NCBI GenBank assembly: GCA_013378385.1
Contig: JACAFS010000004.1
Coordinates: forward strand, 1 to 31,282
Reading direction: 5' to 3'
Length of the DNA stretch: 31,282 nucleotides
Origin: Nitrososphaerota archaeon
GTDB lineage: Archaea > Thermoproteota > Nitrososphaeria > Nitrososphaerales > UBA57
The position numbers were made by a program, and so were the translations under genes. Below, piece after piece: positions 24,400-31,282 of the stretch. How positions within the stretch are numbered: the first letter of the stretch is position 1; every line of letters starts with the position of its first letter. Under the pieces are notes generated by a model. That model saw only the letters and a list, made by a program, of their open reading frames with translations, was not told where the DNA came from and searched no databases.

Positions 24400-25247
24400 C
24401 ATTTAATTTCATTGCTTTGCTTTCTCTAATTCGTCCAATAAATTCATTCATGATTGGTTTAGCTGTTATTGTAGGAATTGCAATTGGCTCTCCTGATATG
24501 TTATTCTCACGACTATCAATTTATGGATTCATTACTGGATTCTCTATATCTTCTTATTCTATGATAATCAATGACGTTTACGATATTGAAATTGATAAAG
24601 TCAATCAACCAGAACGCCCTCTTCCCAAACAATTAATCTCTGTCAATTCTGCATTATCATTATCACTAATTTTATTATTAATTGGTCTTACCAGTTCATT
24701 ATTAATTTCTTATTACCATATCATTATCACTGTAATCTTCTCTTTCTTATCTTGGTTCTATAATATTTGGGGTAAAAAACAAGGATTAATTGGAAATTCT
24801 ATAGTTGCATCTTCAATGTCTGTCCCATTTATTTTTGGAGGTATAATCACTGGTAACATTTCATTATTAGTTTGGTCCATCTCTCTCATAGCTTTTCTCT
24901 CTGGAATGGGTAGGGAAATAATCAAAACAATTGCTGATGTCGAAGGAGATCAGATTAAAGGTGTAAAATCCATTTCTATTCAATTTGGATCGCGTAATGC
25001 AATGCTCATTGCCTGCATCTTTATAGTCAGCTCTATTATTGTTTCATTTATTCCAGTTTATTTTGATCTGATTCAAATCTATTATGTTCCATTATTACTA
25101 TTGACTGACTTAATTTTACTCTATTCGGTATTTATCATCTCAAAAAATTATTCAAAATCTGAATCATTAAAAGTAAAAAAACTAATACTCTATGCAATGT
25201 TATTTGGACTGATAACTTTTCTTGCTAATAGTATGATTGTATGGTAG
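24396..25247 (+). CDS. UbiA-family prenyltransferase, digeranylgeranylglyceryl phosphate synthase-like
   Basis: Polytopic membrane protein with NDVYDIEIDKVNQPERPLP (NDxxDxxxD) and a second Asp-rich region (ADVEGDQIKG). 283 aa. The archaeal-lipid assignment is by family resemblance only. Confidence 0.75.
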   Translation: MTFNFIALLSLIRPINSFMIGLAVIVGIAIGSPDMLFSRLSIYGFITGFSISSYSMIINDVYDIEIDKVNQPERPLPKQLISVNSALSLSLILLLIGLTSSLLISYYHIIITVIFSFLSWFYNIWGKKQGLIGNSIVASSMSVPFIFGGIITGNISLLVWSISLIAFLSGMGREIIKTIADVEGDQIKGVKSISIQFGSRNAMLIACIFIVSSIIVSFIPVYFDLIQIYYVPLLLLTDLILLYSVFIISKNYSKSESLKVKKLILYAMLFGLITFLANSMIVW

Positions 25248-25259
25248 GGGTGTTTCTCA

Positions 25260-26459
25260 ATGTGGACTGAAAAATATCGACCAAAAGTTCTTAGCGAGGT
25301 AGCTGGCAACGACGATTTACGCGGTAAAATAAATAAATGGTTACGTACTTGGGATACATCTTCCAAGCCTATTTTATTACAAGGAACACCAGGTGTTGGT
25401 AAAACTTCTCTCGTTTACGCTCTTGCTAAAGAACTTGATTATCATGTAATTGAACTTAATGCTAGTGATAAAAGAACGAGGAATACTCTTCAATCTTCAC
25501 TTGAACCTCTCTTTCAATCTACTACTCTGTTTAATGAAAAGATCTTAGTATTGATTGAAGAAGTCGATGGCCTTGATTCACGAGCAGACTATGGCGGTGC
25601 AGACTTTCTTATTGAAACAATCGACAGTATAACTGTTCCAATCATTATTACTTGTAATTCCTCAGATTCTAAAAAACTCTCCAAATTACTAAAAAAATGC
25701 CAGGTCTATAAATTCAAAAAAATTGACCCACGCCAAATAAGCTTAGTACTAGAATCAATTGCAAAAAAAGAAAAACTTACACTTCCTCTCGACGATATTG
25801 TCAATATTTCAACTACTTCTAATGGTGATTTACGTTATGCTATTAATGCTCTCCAGACATACGATTCTACCATGGAACAACCACGTTCCTTTATCTCTAA
25901 ATCATTATCTCTTGATCAAGGAATTAGACAATATTTTGATTCTGTTGATATGTCAGAGGCAATGAATTCACTTCTTAATACCCATTCTAACCCAAACGAC
26001 ATATTACGTGCCATATTTAGCAGTGTAGTCTCAAGTTCTAGAAAAATTCCAAATAATGAATTATCTAAAATCCTCTCAATACTATCTGACATCGATTTAT
26101 TATTGGGACGTATAATAAAAACTCGTGAATGGAGACAATTAAGATACTTTAATTCCCTTCTTGTTTATTCATTATTCGAAACTCTGACTCATCAACCAAT
26201 TAAATTCAGTCTGTACCAAAATCCATTTCCATTACAAGTTCGTATCTGGAACGATGGCCGAAACTTTCGTACCATTGTAAAATCACTCAATAAATATACT
26301 AATGAATCAACCGATAATCTAGTAGATTTAATTCCTTATTTTATACTAATTTTATCAAAACAAGAAAACCGAAATAATCTTCTAACTCGTTTAGGATTAG
26401 AAGATAAAGAAATCAACACAATAAATAGAGAAATTACAAATATTTCTAAATCTAAGTAG
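25260..26459 (+). CDS. rfcL: Replication factor C, large subunit
   Basis: MWTEKYRPK N-terminus, Walker A GTPGVGKTS, Walker B LIEEVDG and sensor-1 IIITCNS. 399 aa. Confidence 0.8.
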   Translation: MWTEKYRPKVLSEVAGNDDLRGKINKWLRTWDTSSKPILLQGTPGVGKTSLVYALAKELDYHVIELNASDKRTRNTLQSSLEPLFQSTTLFNEKILVLIEEVDGLDSRADYGGADFLIETIDSITVPIIITCNSSDSKKLSKLLKKCQVYKFKKIDPRQISLVLESIAKKEKLTLPLDDIVNISTTSNGDLRYAINALQTYDSTMEQPRSFISKSLSLDQGIRQYFDSVDMSEAMNSLLNTHSNPNDILRAIFSSVVSSSRKIPNNELSKILSILSDIDLLLGRIIKTREWRQLRYFNSLLVYSLFETLTHQPIKFSLYQNPFPLQVRIWNDGRNFRTIVKSLNKYTNESTDNLVDLIPYFILILSKQENRNNLLTRLGLEDKEINTINREITNISKSK

Positions 26460-27726
26460 GCGTTATTTCTTTTTGATTATTCATATAACTTCTTAATGCT
26501 CTTGGAATGGTAATACTCCCATCTTCGTTTTGATAATTCTCTATTATTGCAATTAAAGTACGTTCTGTAGCAGTCAATGTACTGTTTAGTGTATGCGTTA
26601 AAATACTTTCTTCGTGTGGTTTATTTCTAAATTTTATACCTAATCTACGAGACTGAAAATCCGTGCAATTGCTACAAGAAACTAATTCTCTGTAGTTGTT
26701 TTGTCCAGGCAACCAAGCTTCAATATCAAAAGTTTTTGCTGCAACTTTGCCCATGTCCCCCGAACTTAGTAACATTATTCTATATGGTATTTCTAATTCT
26801 TTATAGAATTGTTTTACATCCGATAGAATTTCTTCATGCTGGTTCCAGGAACTTTCTGGATCAGTAATCGAAAAAATCTCCACTTTTTCAAATTGATGTA
26901 CTCTAAATATTCCTTTTGTATCTCTTCCATGAGATCCCGCTTCCTTTCTAAAACACGGACTAATTGACGCATATTTTCTAGGAAAATCATCTTTAGAGAA
27001 GATTTCATCTGAATGCATTGCGGCTAAGGCATGTTCTGACGTTCCAATTAAGTATAAATCCTGGTCTTCGATTTTGTAAATTACTTCTTCAAAATCTGAT
27101 AATATTACTGCTCCACTCATTGGTTTCCTATTCATTAGATATGGAGGTTGTAACATGGCATATCCTCTCTTATTGATATATTCGAGAGCAAATGCAATTA
27201 ATGCATAATTCATTTTCACCAATTCATTTTTCAAAAAGTAAAATCTCGAACCTGAAATTTTACTTGCCCTCTCTATATCAATCAAGTCATTTTTTTCAGA
27301 TAATTCTATATGATCTAATGAATTCTTGTTTAACCCTGTTTCAGGTTGCCACTTCTCAATTTCTTTATTTGACTTATCATCTATTCCTATTGGTACTGAA
27401 TCATGGATTAAATTTGGTATGGATTCTAGACGATTATTATATTCATCCTGACTTTTTTTAGCGTTATTCTGTAACTCTTCAATTTTCGTCGATATATTCT
27501 TCATTTCTGTTAGTGTTTCTGTTATGTCAATTCCTTGTCTTTTCTTTGTTGATATGTCCTTAGAAATATTATTCCTTTGCATCTTATACGATTCTAGTTC
27601 AGTAATTAACTCTCTTCTTCCCCTATCTATTTCTAGAAGTTCTGAGATATCTAATTCTACATTCCTGTTTTTCAGCATATTGATGACTTTTTCTGGTTCT
27701 GCCCTCATTAACTTTGGATCAATCAA
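26452..27726 (-). CDS. serS: Seryl-tRNA synthetase
   Basis: N-terminal coiled-coil arm, class II motif 2 region GIFRVHQFEKVE, and motif 3 region LNSTLTATERTLIAIIENYQ. 424 aa. Confidence 0.9.
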   Translation of the reverse strand: MIDPKLMRAEPEKVINMLKNRNVELDISELLEIDRGRRELITELESYKMQRNNISKDISTKKRQGIDITETLTEMKNISTKIEELQNNAKKSQDEYNNRLESIPNLIHDSVPIGIDDKSNKEIEKWQPETGLNKNSLDHIELSEKNDLIDIERASKISGSRFYFLKNELVKMNYALIAFALEYINKRGYAMLQPPYLMNRKPMSGAVILSDFEEVIYKIEDQDLYLIGTSEHALAAMHSDEIFSKDDFPRKYASISPCFRKEAGSHGRDTKGIFRVHQFEKVEIFSITDPESSWNQHEEILSDVKQFYKELEIPYRIMLLSSGDMGKVAAKTFDIEAWLPGQNNYRELVSCSNCTDFQSRRLGIKFRNKPHEESILTHTLNSTLTATERTLIAIIENYQNEDGSITIPRALRSYMNNQKEITPT

Positions 27727-27727
27727 A

Positions 27728-27979
27728 TCATTCCACCTTCTCTAATGTTTTACTTGTCATATCAATCATTGATAAAACTTCATCTACTGTATTTAACAAA
27801 GTTTCCATTACATTATTAGATTTGAAATTAATCTCTAAAATATTGTTTTTCACACTCTGACTCATAGTCATTCCTTCTGGAAAATCTTTATTATCTGGAT
27901 CTAACGATTTTGCTATAATTACCGCCGTCGACTTTTTTCTGAACTTCAAACTAATATCGATTTCTATATTTTTTTTCAT
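27728..27979 (-). CDS. pcc1: Probable KEOPS subunit Pcc1
   Basis: 83 aa. The pattern IEIDISLKF..STAVIIAKSLDPDN......ILEINFKSNN...LLNTVDEVLSMI matches my recollection of archaeal Pcc1 (beta-beta-alpha...beta-alpha). Kae1 and Bud32 lie 1-2 kb away on the same strand. Confidence 0.5.
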   Translation of the reverse strand: MKKNIEIDISLKFRKKSTAVIIAKSLDPDNKDFPEGMTMSQSVKNNILEINFKSNNVMETLLNTVDEVLSMIDMTSKTLEKVE

Positions 27980-28010
27980 ATCTATTGTTTTAGATATTAA
28001 TGTTTTGTAC

Positions 28011-28457
28011 CTAAGCTAATTGAGCGACTACAGATTTATATTTCCACTTTTTAGGAATGATATCGTTCTTTTTGTAATATTTAGAAAGTCTGTGTACCTT
28101 AGCTTCTAATAATTCCAAAGATCTTACGTTTTTTCTATCTCCTTTATTTGATTTCAAATGGTTTTGTAAGCTTACGGCTCTTTTTACTAAAGATTCCAAA
28201 TCTTCAGGTATCTCTTGTTTTACCCCATTCTCTTCCATGAACTCTTTCATTTTCTTTCCAGTTACTGCTTTTATTGAAGAAACAGCATATTCATCTCTTA
28301 ATTTAGTTCCTATCTGACTGGCATTCAGTCCTTCTTTATTCATTTCAACAATAAGTTTTCCGATTTCTTCAGGAGTGACCTTCACCCAATCAGACTTCAT
28401 AGTAGATGGCTTCATAGATTGAGATTTTCCTCTACTATTTCCATGTATTCTAGTCAA
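28011..28457 (-). CDS. rps15p: 30S ribosomal protein S15 (archaeal S15P / eukaryotic uS15)
   Basis: N-terminus TRIHGNSRGKSQSMKP and C-terminal LEAKVHRLSKYYKK, typical of archaeal S15. 148 aa, TTG start. Confidence 0.9.
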   Translation of the reverse strand: MTRIHGNSRGKSQSMKPSTMKSDWVKVTPEEIGKLIVEMNKEGLNASQIGTKLRDEYAVSSIKAVTGKKMKEFMEENGVKQEIPEDLESLVKRAVSLQNHLKSNKGDRKNVRSLELLEAKVHRLSKYYKKNDIIPKKWKYKSVVAQLA

Positions 28458-28505
28458 TTGTTCTCTTTTCCATATATGATGTTTATAATGATAAGTCTTG
28501 CGTTT

Positions 28506-29081
28506 TTATTGATTTTTTTCTAACCATTCCGCAAATGTTCGTGCTGCTTTTGATCTATGAGATATTTGATTTTTTTCACTTAATGACATCTCTGCAAACG
28601 TTTTGTTTTTTCCCTTTGGTGTAAATATCGGATCATAACCAAAACCTTGATCTCCTTGTAAATTTGTAGAAATATTTCCCTCGCAAATTCCTATGAAACT
28701 CTTTACAACCTTTCCCTTATCACCATACACAATAGCCGAATGGAATTCTGCTGTTTTGTCTTCTCGATTCTTTAGCAATCTAACTATTCCTCCAAGTCCA
28801 ATAGTTTTATACACAAATGCCGAATATGGACCTGGAAAACCATATAATGAATTAATATAGACGCCAGAATCTTCTACAATGAATGCTTCATCAGTTCTTG
28901 TTGATATTTCTTTTGCTGATTGTTCAGCAACCGATAATACACTAAATGCTTGTATTTCTGTTCCCTTTAAATCAACAACCCGAAGATCTAAGTCAAAATT
29001 ATCTAATATATTTCTCAACTCTTCGTATTTGTCCATATTCTTTGTCGCCAAATTGATTTTTTTACTAGTCAACTCTTGCAT
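28506..29081 (-). CDS. rdgB: Non-canonical purine NTP pyrophosphatase (RdgB/HAM1, ITPase)
   Basis: VEDSGVYI, FPGPYSA, GFGYDPIF and SHRSKA motifs. 191 aa. Its start overlaps the end of bud32 by 17 nt. Confidence 0.85.
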   Translation of the reverse strand: MQELTSKKINLATKNMDKYEELRNILDNFDLDLRVVDLKGTEIQAFSVLSVAEQSAKEISTRTDEAFIVEDSGVYINSLYGFPGPYSAFVYKTIGLGGIVRLLKNREDKTAEFHSAIVYGDKGKVVKSFIGICEGNISTNLQGDQGFGYDPIFTPKGKNKTFAEMSLSEKNQISHRSKAARTFAEWLEKNQ

Positions 29082-29694
29082 ATCTCCCTCTCATTTCAAT
29101 TTTTTTTACAATGGAAAAAATTTCCTCCGAAGAAGTCTTCATTACTGATTTGTAACCCTTCTTAAAATTATTAAACACTTCATTAAAAACATCGTTATGG
29201 GCACTCTGTAAAATGCCTTTGAATAATCTTATATCTACTCCTTTATCCTCTAATTTTTTGCTTGTCATAGATAATCCAAAATCAATCAAACATATGCTTC
29301 CATTATTTCTTATTATCATATTTGACGTCGTTAAATCTCCATGAATTGTGTTGTTCTTGTGCAATACTGCGACTATCTCTCCAATCTTTTTACCTATATC
29401 CGACCTATTAGAATCATTTTTCATTAATACATCTCTCATTTTCATACCATCTACATTTTCCATTATTATTTCTGATTTCTTTAAATCAACGAAATAGATA
29501 ATTGGAACATCTACTTTTTCTCTTATCCTGTTTATCATGCTTGCTTCCTTCAAAGTTCTGCTAGATCTAATAAATTCATCTATCTCCTGACGCCTATATT
29601 TCTTAATATCACGGCGTTTTGAAATAGCCGATTTTCCAAACCATTCAGTAGAAGATACTATAGCTTCTGCACCAATATTGATTATTTTCGCCAT
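29065..29694 (-). CDS. bud32: KEOPS kinase/ATPase Bud32
   Basis: Short atypical kinase: GAEAIV glycine loop, catalytic loop IHGDLTTSNMI, and LIDFGLS. 209 aa. Its start overlaps the end of kae1 by 13 nt. Confidence 0.8.
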   Translation of the reverse strand: MAKIINIGAEAIVSSTEWFGKSAISKRRDIKKYRRQEIDEFIRSSRTLKEASMINRIREKVDVPIIYFVDLKKSEIIMENVDGMKMRDVLMKNDSNRSDIGKKIGEIVAVLHKNNTIHGDLTTSNMIIRNNGSICLIDFGLSMTSKKLEDKGVDIRLFKGILQSAHNDVFNEVFNNFKKGYKSVMKTSSEEIFSIVKKIEMRGRYARVD

Positions 29695-30680
29695 TTTACA
29701 TCTACTCTATCTAATCTCCACGATTGTTTAACCCAACTTTCTTCTACTGAAACTTCTGTTCCACTATTATATGCTAATATTCCAGTCCATGCAATCTGTG
29801 CACCACAATCTCCTGCGTAATTTCTAGGAATCACTGATAGCTTTGAACCCCTTTCTTTGCACATAACTTCTAACATTTCTTTCAATCTAGTGCTTGCTGC
29901 TACACCTCCTGTTATTATTACTTCTTTCTTTTCTAAGAACGACAAAGCTCTTTCTGTCACTTCTGCTAACATGGCATATGACGTTTCTTGCAATGAATAA
30001 CACACATCTTCTATTTTCTCTCCCTTGTCAATCATCTTTTTTGCACTAGTTAAAATTCCAGAGAATGAAACATCATTACCTTTTACAGAATAAGGTAATC
30101 TTAGAAAATTTTCTGAATCACTTGCTAATTTTTCGATAGTTGCCCCTGCTGGAGAACTATATCCTGCATACCTTCCTATCTGATCAATGAGTTGACCTAT
30201 TGTCAAGTCTAATGTTTCTCCAAACACTCTCCATTTTCCTGAATTAAATCCTAAAATCATTGTATGACCTCCAGAAACTAAAAGATTTACAGGATCTGTT
30301 GCACGTGTCAATAAACAGCCTAGTTCAATATGTCCAATTGCATGATTTACTGGAACAAGAGGTTTGTTTAATTTCAATGATAATGCTCGTGCTGCAGTTG
30401 CACCAACTCGGAGACATGGTCCTATCCCAGGTCCAGCCGAATACGAAATAATATCTAATTCTGTATATTTGATTTTTGCCTGTTCAATTGCTTTTTGTAT
30501 TACTTCGTTTGCAACATTTGAATGATGCCTAGATGCTTCACGGGGGTGTATTCCTGAACCTTTCGGCGCTTTGTAAATGTCCTTCACATCTGAGAATATG
30601 TTTCCATCAGTATCAACGATAGACGCTCCAAACGTATGCGCTGTTGATTCTAAACCTATGCAAATTTGACCATTCTTCAT
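29682..30680 (-). CDS. kae1: tRNA N6-adenosine threonylcarbamoyltransferase Kae1
   Basis: GLESTAHTFGASIV, the metal-binding VNHAIGHIE, SGGHT and GGVAAS motifs. 332 aa, not fused to Bud32. Confidence 0.9.
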   Translation of the reverse strand: MKNGQICIGLESTAHTFGASIVDTDGNIFSDVKDIYKAPKGSGIHPREASRHHSNVANEVIQKAIEQAKIKYTELDIISYSAGPGIGPCLRVGATAARALSLKLNKPLVPVNHAIGHIELGCLLTRATDPVNLLVSGGHTMILGFNSGKWRVFGETLDLTIGQLIDQIGRYAGYSSPAGATIEKLASDSENFLRLPYSVKGNDVSFSGILTSAKKMIDKGEKIEDVCYSLQETSYAMLAEVTERALSFLEKKEVIITGGVAASTRLKEMLEVMCKERGSKLSVIPRNYAGDCGAQIAWTGILAYNSGTEVSVEESWVKQSWRLDRVDVKWRK

Positions 30681-30705
30681 TAGTTAACATTTAAGAATCT
30701 CAATT

Positions 30706-31179
30706 ATGAATATATCTCTAACTATATTGAAAAAAACACAAAAAAAATTGGATTTTCGAACCATTGAAATTACTTTTGTCATTCATGAGACTGAGAATAT
30801 TGATAAATTCTTATCTCATTTATTAGAAATCTTTGGTTTATCCGATACTGATTTCAGCATAAAAAAAACTGAAGGACATCATGGCAACATTATACAATTA
30901 TTCCGCGCTTATCTTATTCGAGACCGGGTACCTGAAATAACCAACAAAATTCTTTCTTCTATGAATGTAACCGATCTTAAAACTATTAACGATAATCTAC
31001 TTTACTATCTAGACGACAAATTTACTTTGTACTTACGGTTTAATAAACAAGATATGATTGACAATGTTCTAACGCTTTCTTACGATGATTCTGTTCGCAT
31101 CAAAATGAAACCAAAAATTAAATTAAATAAAGATAAAGCAATAGCTTCATACAAGGAATTATTGAGTGAATATTCATGA
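30706..31179 (+). CDS. UPF0201 / COG1325-like protein (predicted exosome-associated RNA-binding protein)
   Basis: IHETENIDKFLSHLLEIFG and LRFNKQDMIDNVLTL resemble the PTED-KV and LNKQAA motifs I recall for this family. It is followed by a Pop5-like gene, as in the archaeal exosome superoperon. Weak, memory-based call. Confidence 0.4.
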   Translation: MNISLTILKKTQKKLDFRTIEITFVIHETENIDKFLSHLLEIFGLSDTDFSIKKTEGHHGNIIQLFRAYLIRDRVPEITNKILSSMNVTDLKTINDNLLYYLDDKFTLYLRFNKQDMIDNVLTLSYDDSVRIKMKPKIKLNKDKAIASYKELLSEYS

Positions 31180-31282
31180 GAGTAAAACGAAGATATCTAC
31201 TAACTGACAACGATGATCTTGCCAATATCAAATTATTAAATTTAAAGAACACTCGAATTGTACGAAATAGCTTTAGCAAAAC
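31176..31282 (+). CDS. 5' end of probable RNase P protein component 2 (Pop5/Rpp14), truncated by the window edge
   Basis: Its ATG overlaps the upstream TGA (ATGA at 31176-31179). The translation MRVKRRYLLTDNDDLANIKLL... has the R-x-K-x-RY-[IL] start typical of archaeal Pop5. Only 35 codons are visible. Confidence 0.4.
   Translation, partial: MRVKRRYLLTDNDDLANIKLLNLKNTRIVRNSFSK

Noticed and set aside
28458-28505. C-box-like strings (ATGATGT, AATGATAA) that might indicate a C/D box sRNA between S15 and rdgB
   Set aside because: No D or D' box (CTGA) on either strand at a suitable spacing. The strings are more simply the AT-rich promoter/leader region of the S15 gene.
508-30451. About 30 shadow ORFs of 60-143 aa in the six-frame track, e.g. 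796-1065, 5544-5849, 7113-7508, 9877-10242, 12057-12356, 14229-14642, 16601-17032, 17884-18204, 19452-19787, 20413-20700, 27192-27461 and 28879-29148
   Set aside because: Each lies entirely antisense to, or out of frame within, a gene with strong family motifs. Their translations are Leu/Phe/Ile/Ser-rich low-complexity strings with no recognisable motifs, as expected for non-coding frames of AT-rich genes.
30706-31179. Possibility that the 157-aa ORF divergent from kae1 is the missing KEOPS subunit Cgi121
   Set aside because: The sequence does not resemble archaeal Cgi121 as I recall it. It fits the UPF0201/COG1325 pattern better, and it is followed by a Pop5-like gene as in the exosome superoperon.
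1-31282. Scan for CRISPR arrays, rRNA, insertion sequences, integrases, prophage or defence-island signatures, and compositionally atypical islands
   Set aside because: None found. There are no spaced direct repeats and no transposase- or integrase-like ORFs. The only GC-rich patches are the two tRNA genes, and composition and gene density look uniform across the window.

Overview
AT-rich (about one-third G+C by eye), very gene-dense archaeal chromosomal segment. It holds about 40 protein genes and 2 intron-containing tRNA genes, with almost no non-coding DNA. Many neighbouring genes overlap by 1-40 nt, including three convergent pairs whose 3' ends overlap. The content is core housekeeping. 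In order: tsr3, an HTH regulator, an MBL hydrolase and queD-queC-folE2 (preQ0/archaeosine precursor); NAD(P)HX epimerase; type IA topoisomerase; a membrane-anchored secreted subtilase; ValRS, aRF1 and UMP kinase. Next comes an eight-gene, translationally coupled histidine operon, hisG-hisD-[HAD phosphatase]-hisB-hisH-hisA-hisF-hisI. After that: tRNA-Leu(CAA), a gamma-CA-like protein, MsrB, tRNA-Arg(UCG), tRNA-splicing endonuclease, a DGGGP-synthase-type UbiA, RFC large subunit, SerRS, Pcc1, S15, ITPase, Bud32, Kae1, and the start of an exosome/RNase P (UPF0201-Pop5) neighbourhood. The archaeal information-processing genes, plus a tRNA with introns at non-canonical positions, suggest a TACK archaeon, most plausibly a streamlined ammonia-oxidising thaumarchaeon; this is inference only. 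I see no CRISPR array, rRNA, integrase/transposase, prophage or recognisable defence island, so I do not think the window hides a large accessory system. Four things seem most worth follow-up. (1) A large-cap HAD phosphatase sits exactly where hisC sits in the classical operon and overlaps both hisD and hisB; it is a candidate for the poorly defined archaeal histidinol-phosphate phosphatase step. (2) A tRNA-Leu gene is split by three mini-introns, two of which look like copies of each other, about 1.2 kb from endA. (3) A RadB/RecA-fold paralogue with an obliterated P-loop is preceded by an un-called 44-codon zinc-ribbon ORF. (4) A small zinc-binding protein is translationally coupled to topA, with a membrane protein gene 9 nt further downstream. 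All functional calls rest on motif recognition by eye; no searches were run.
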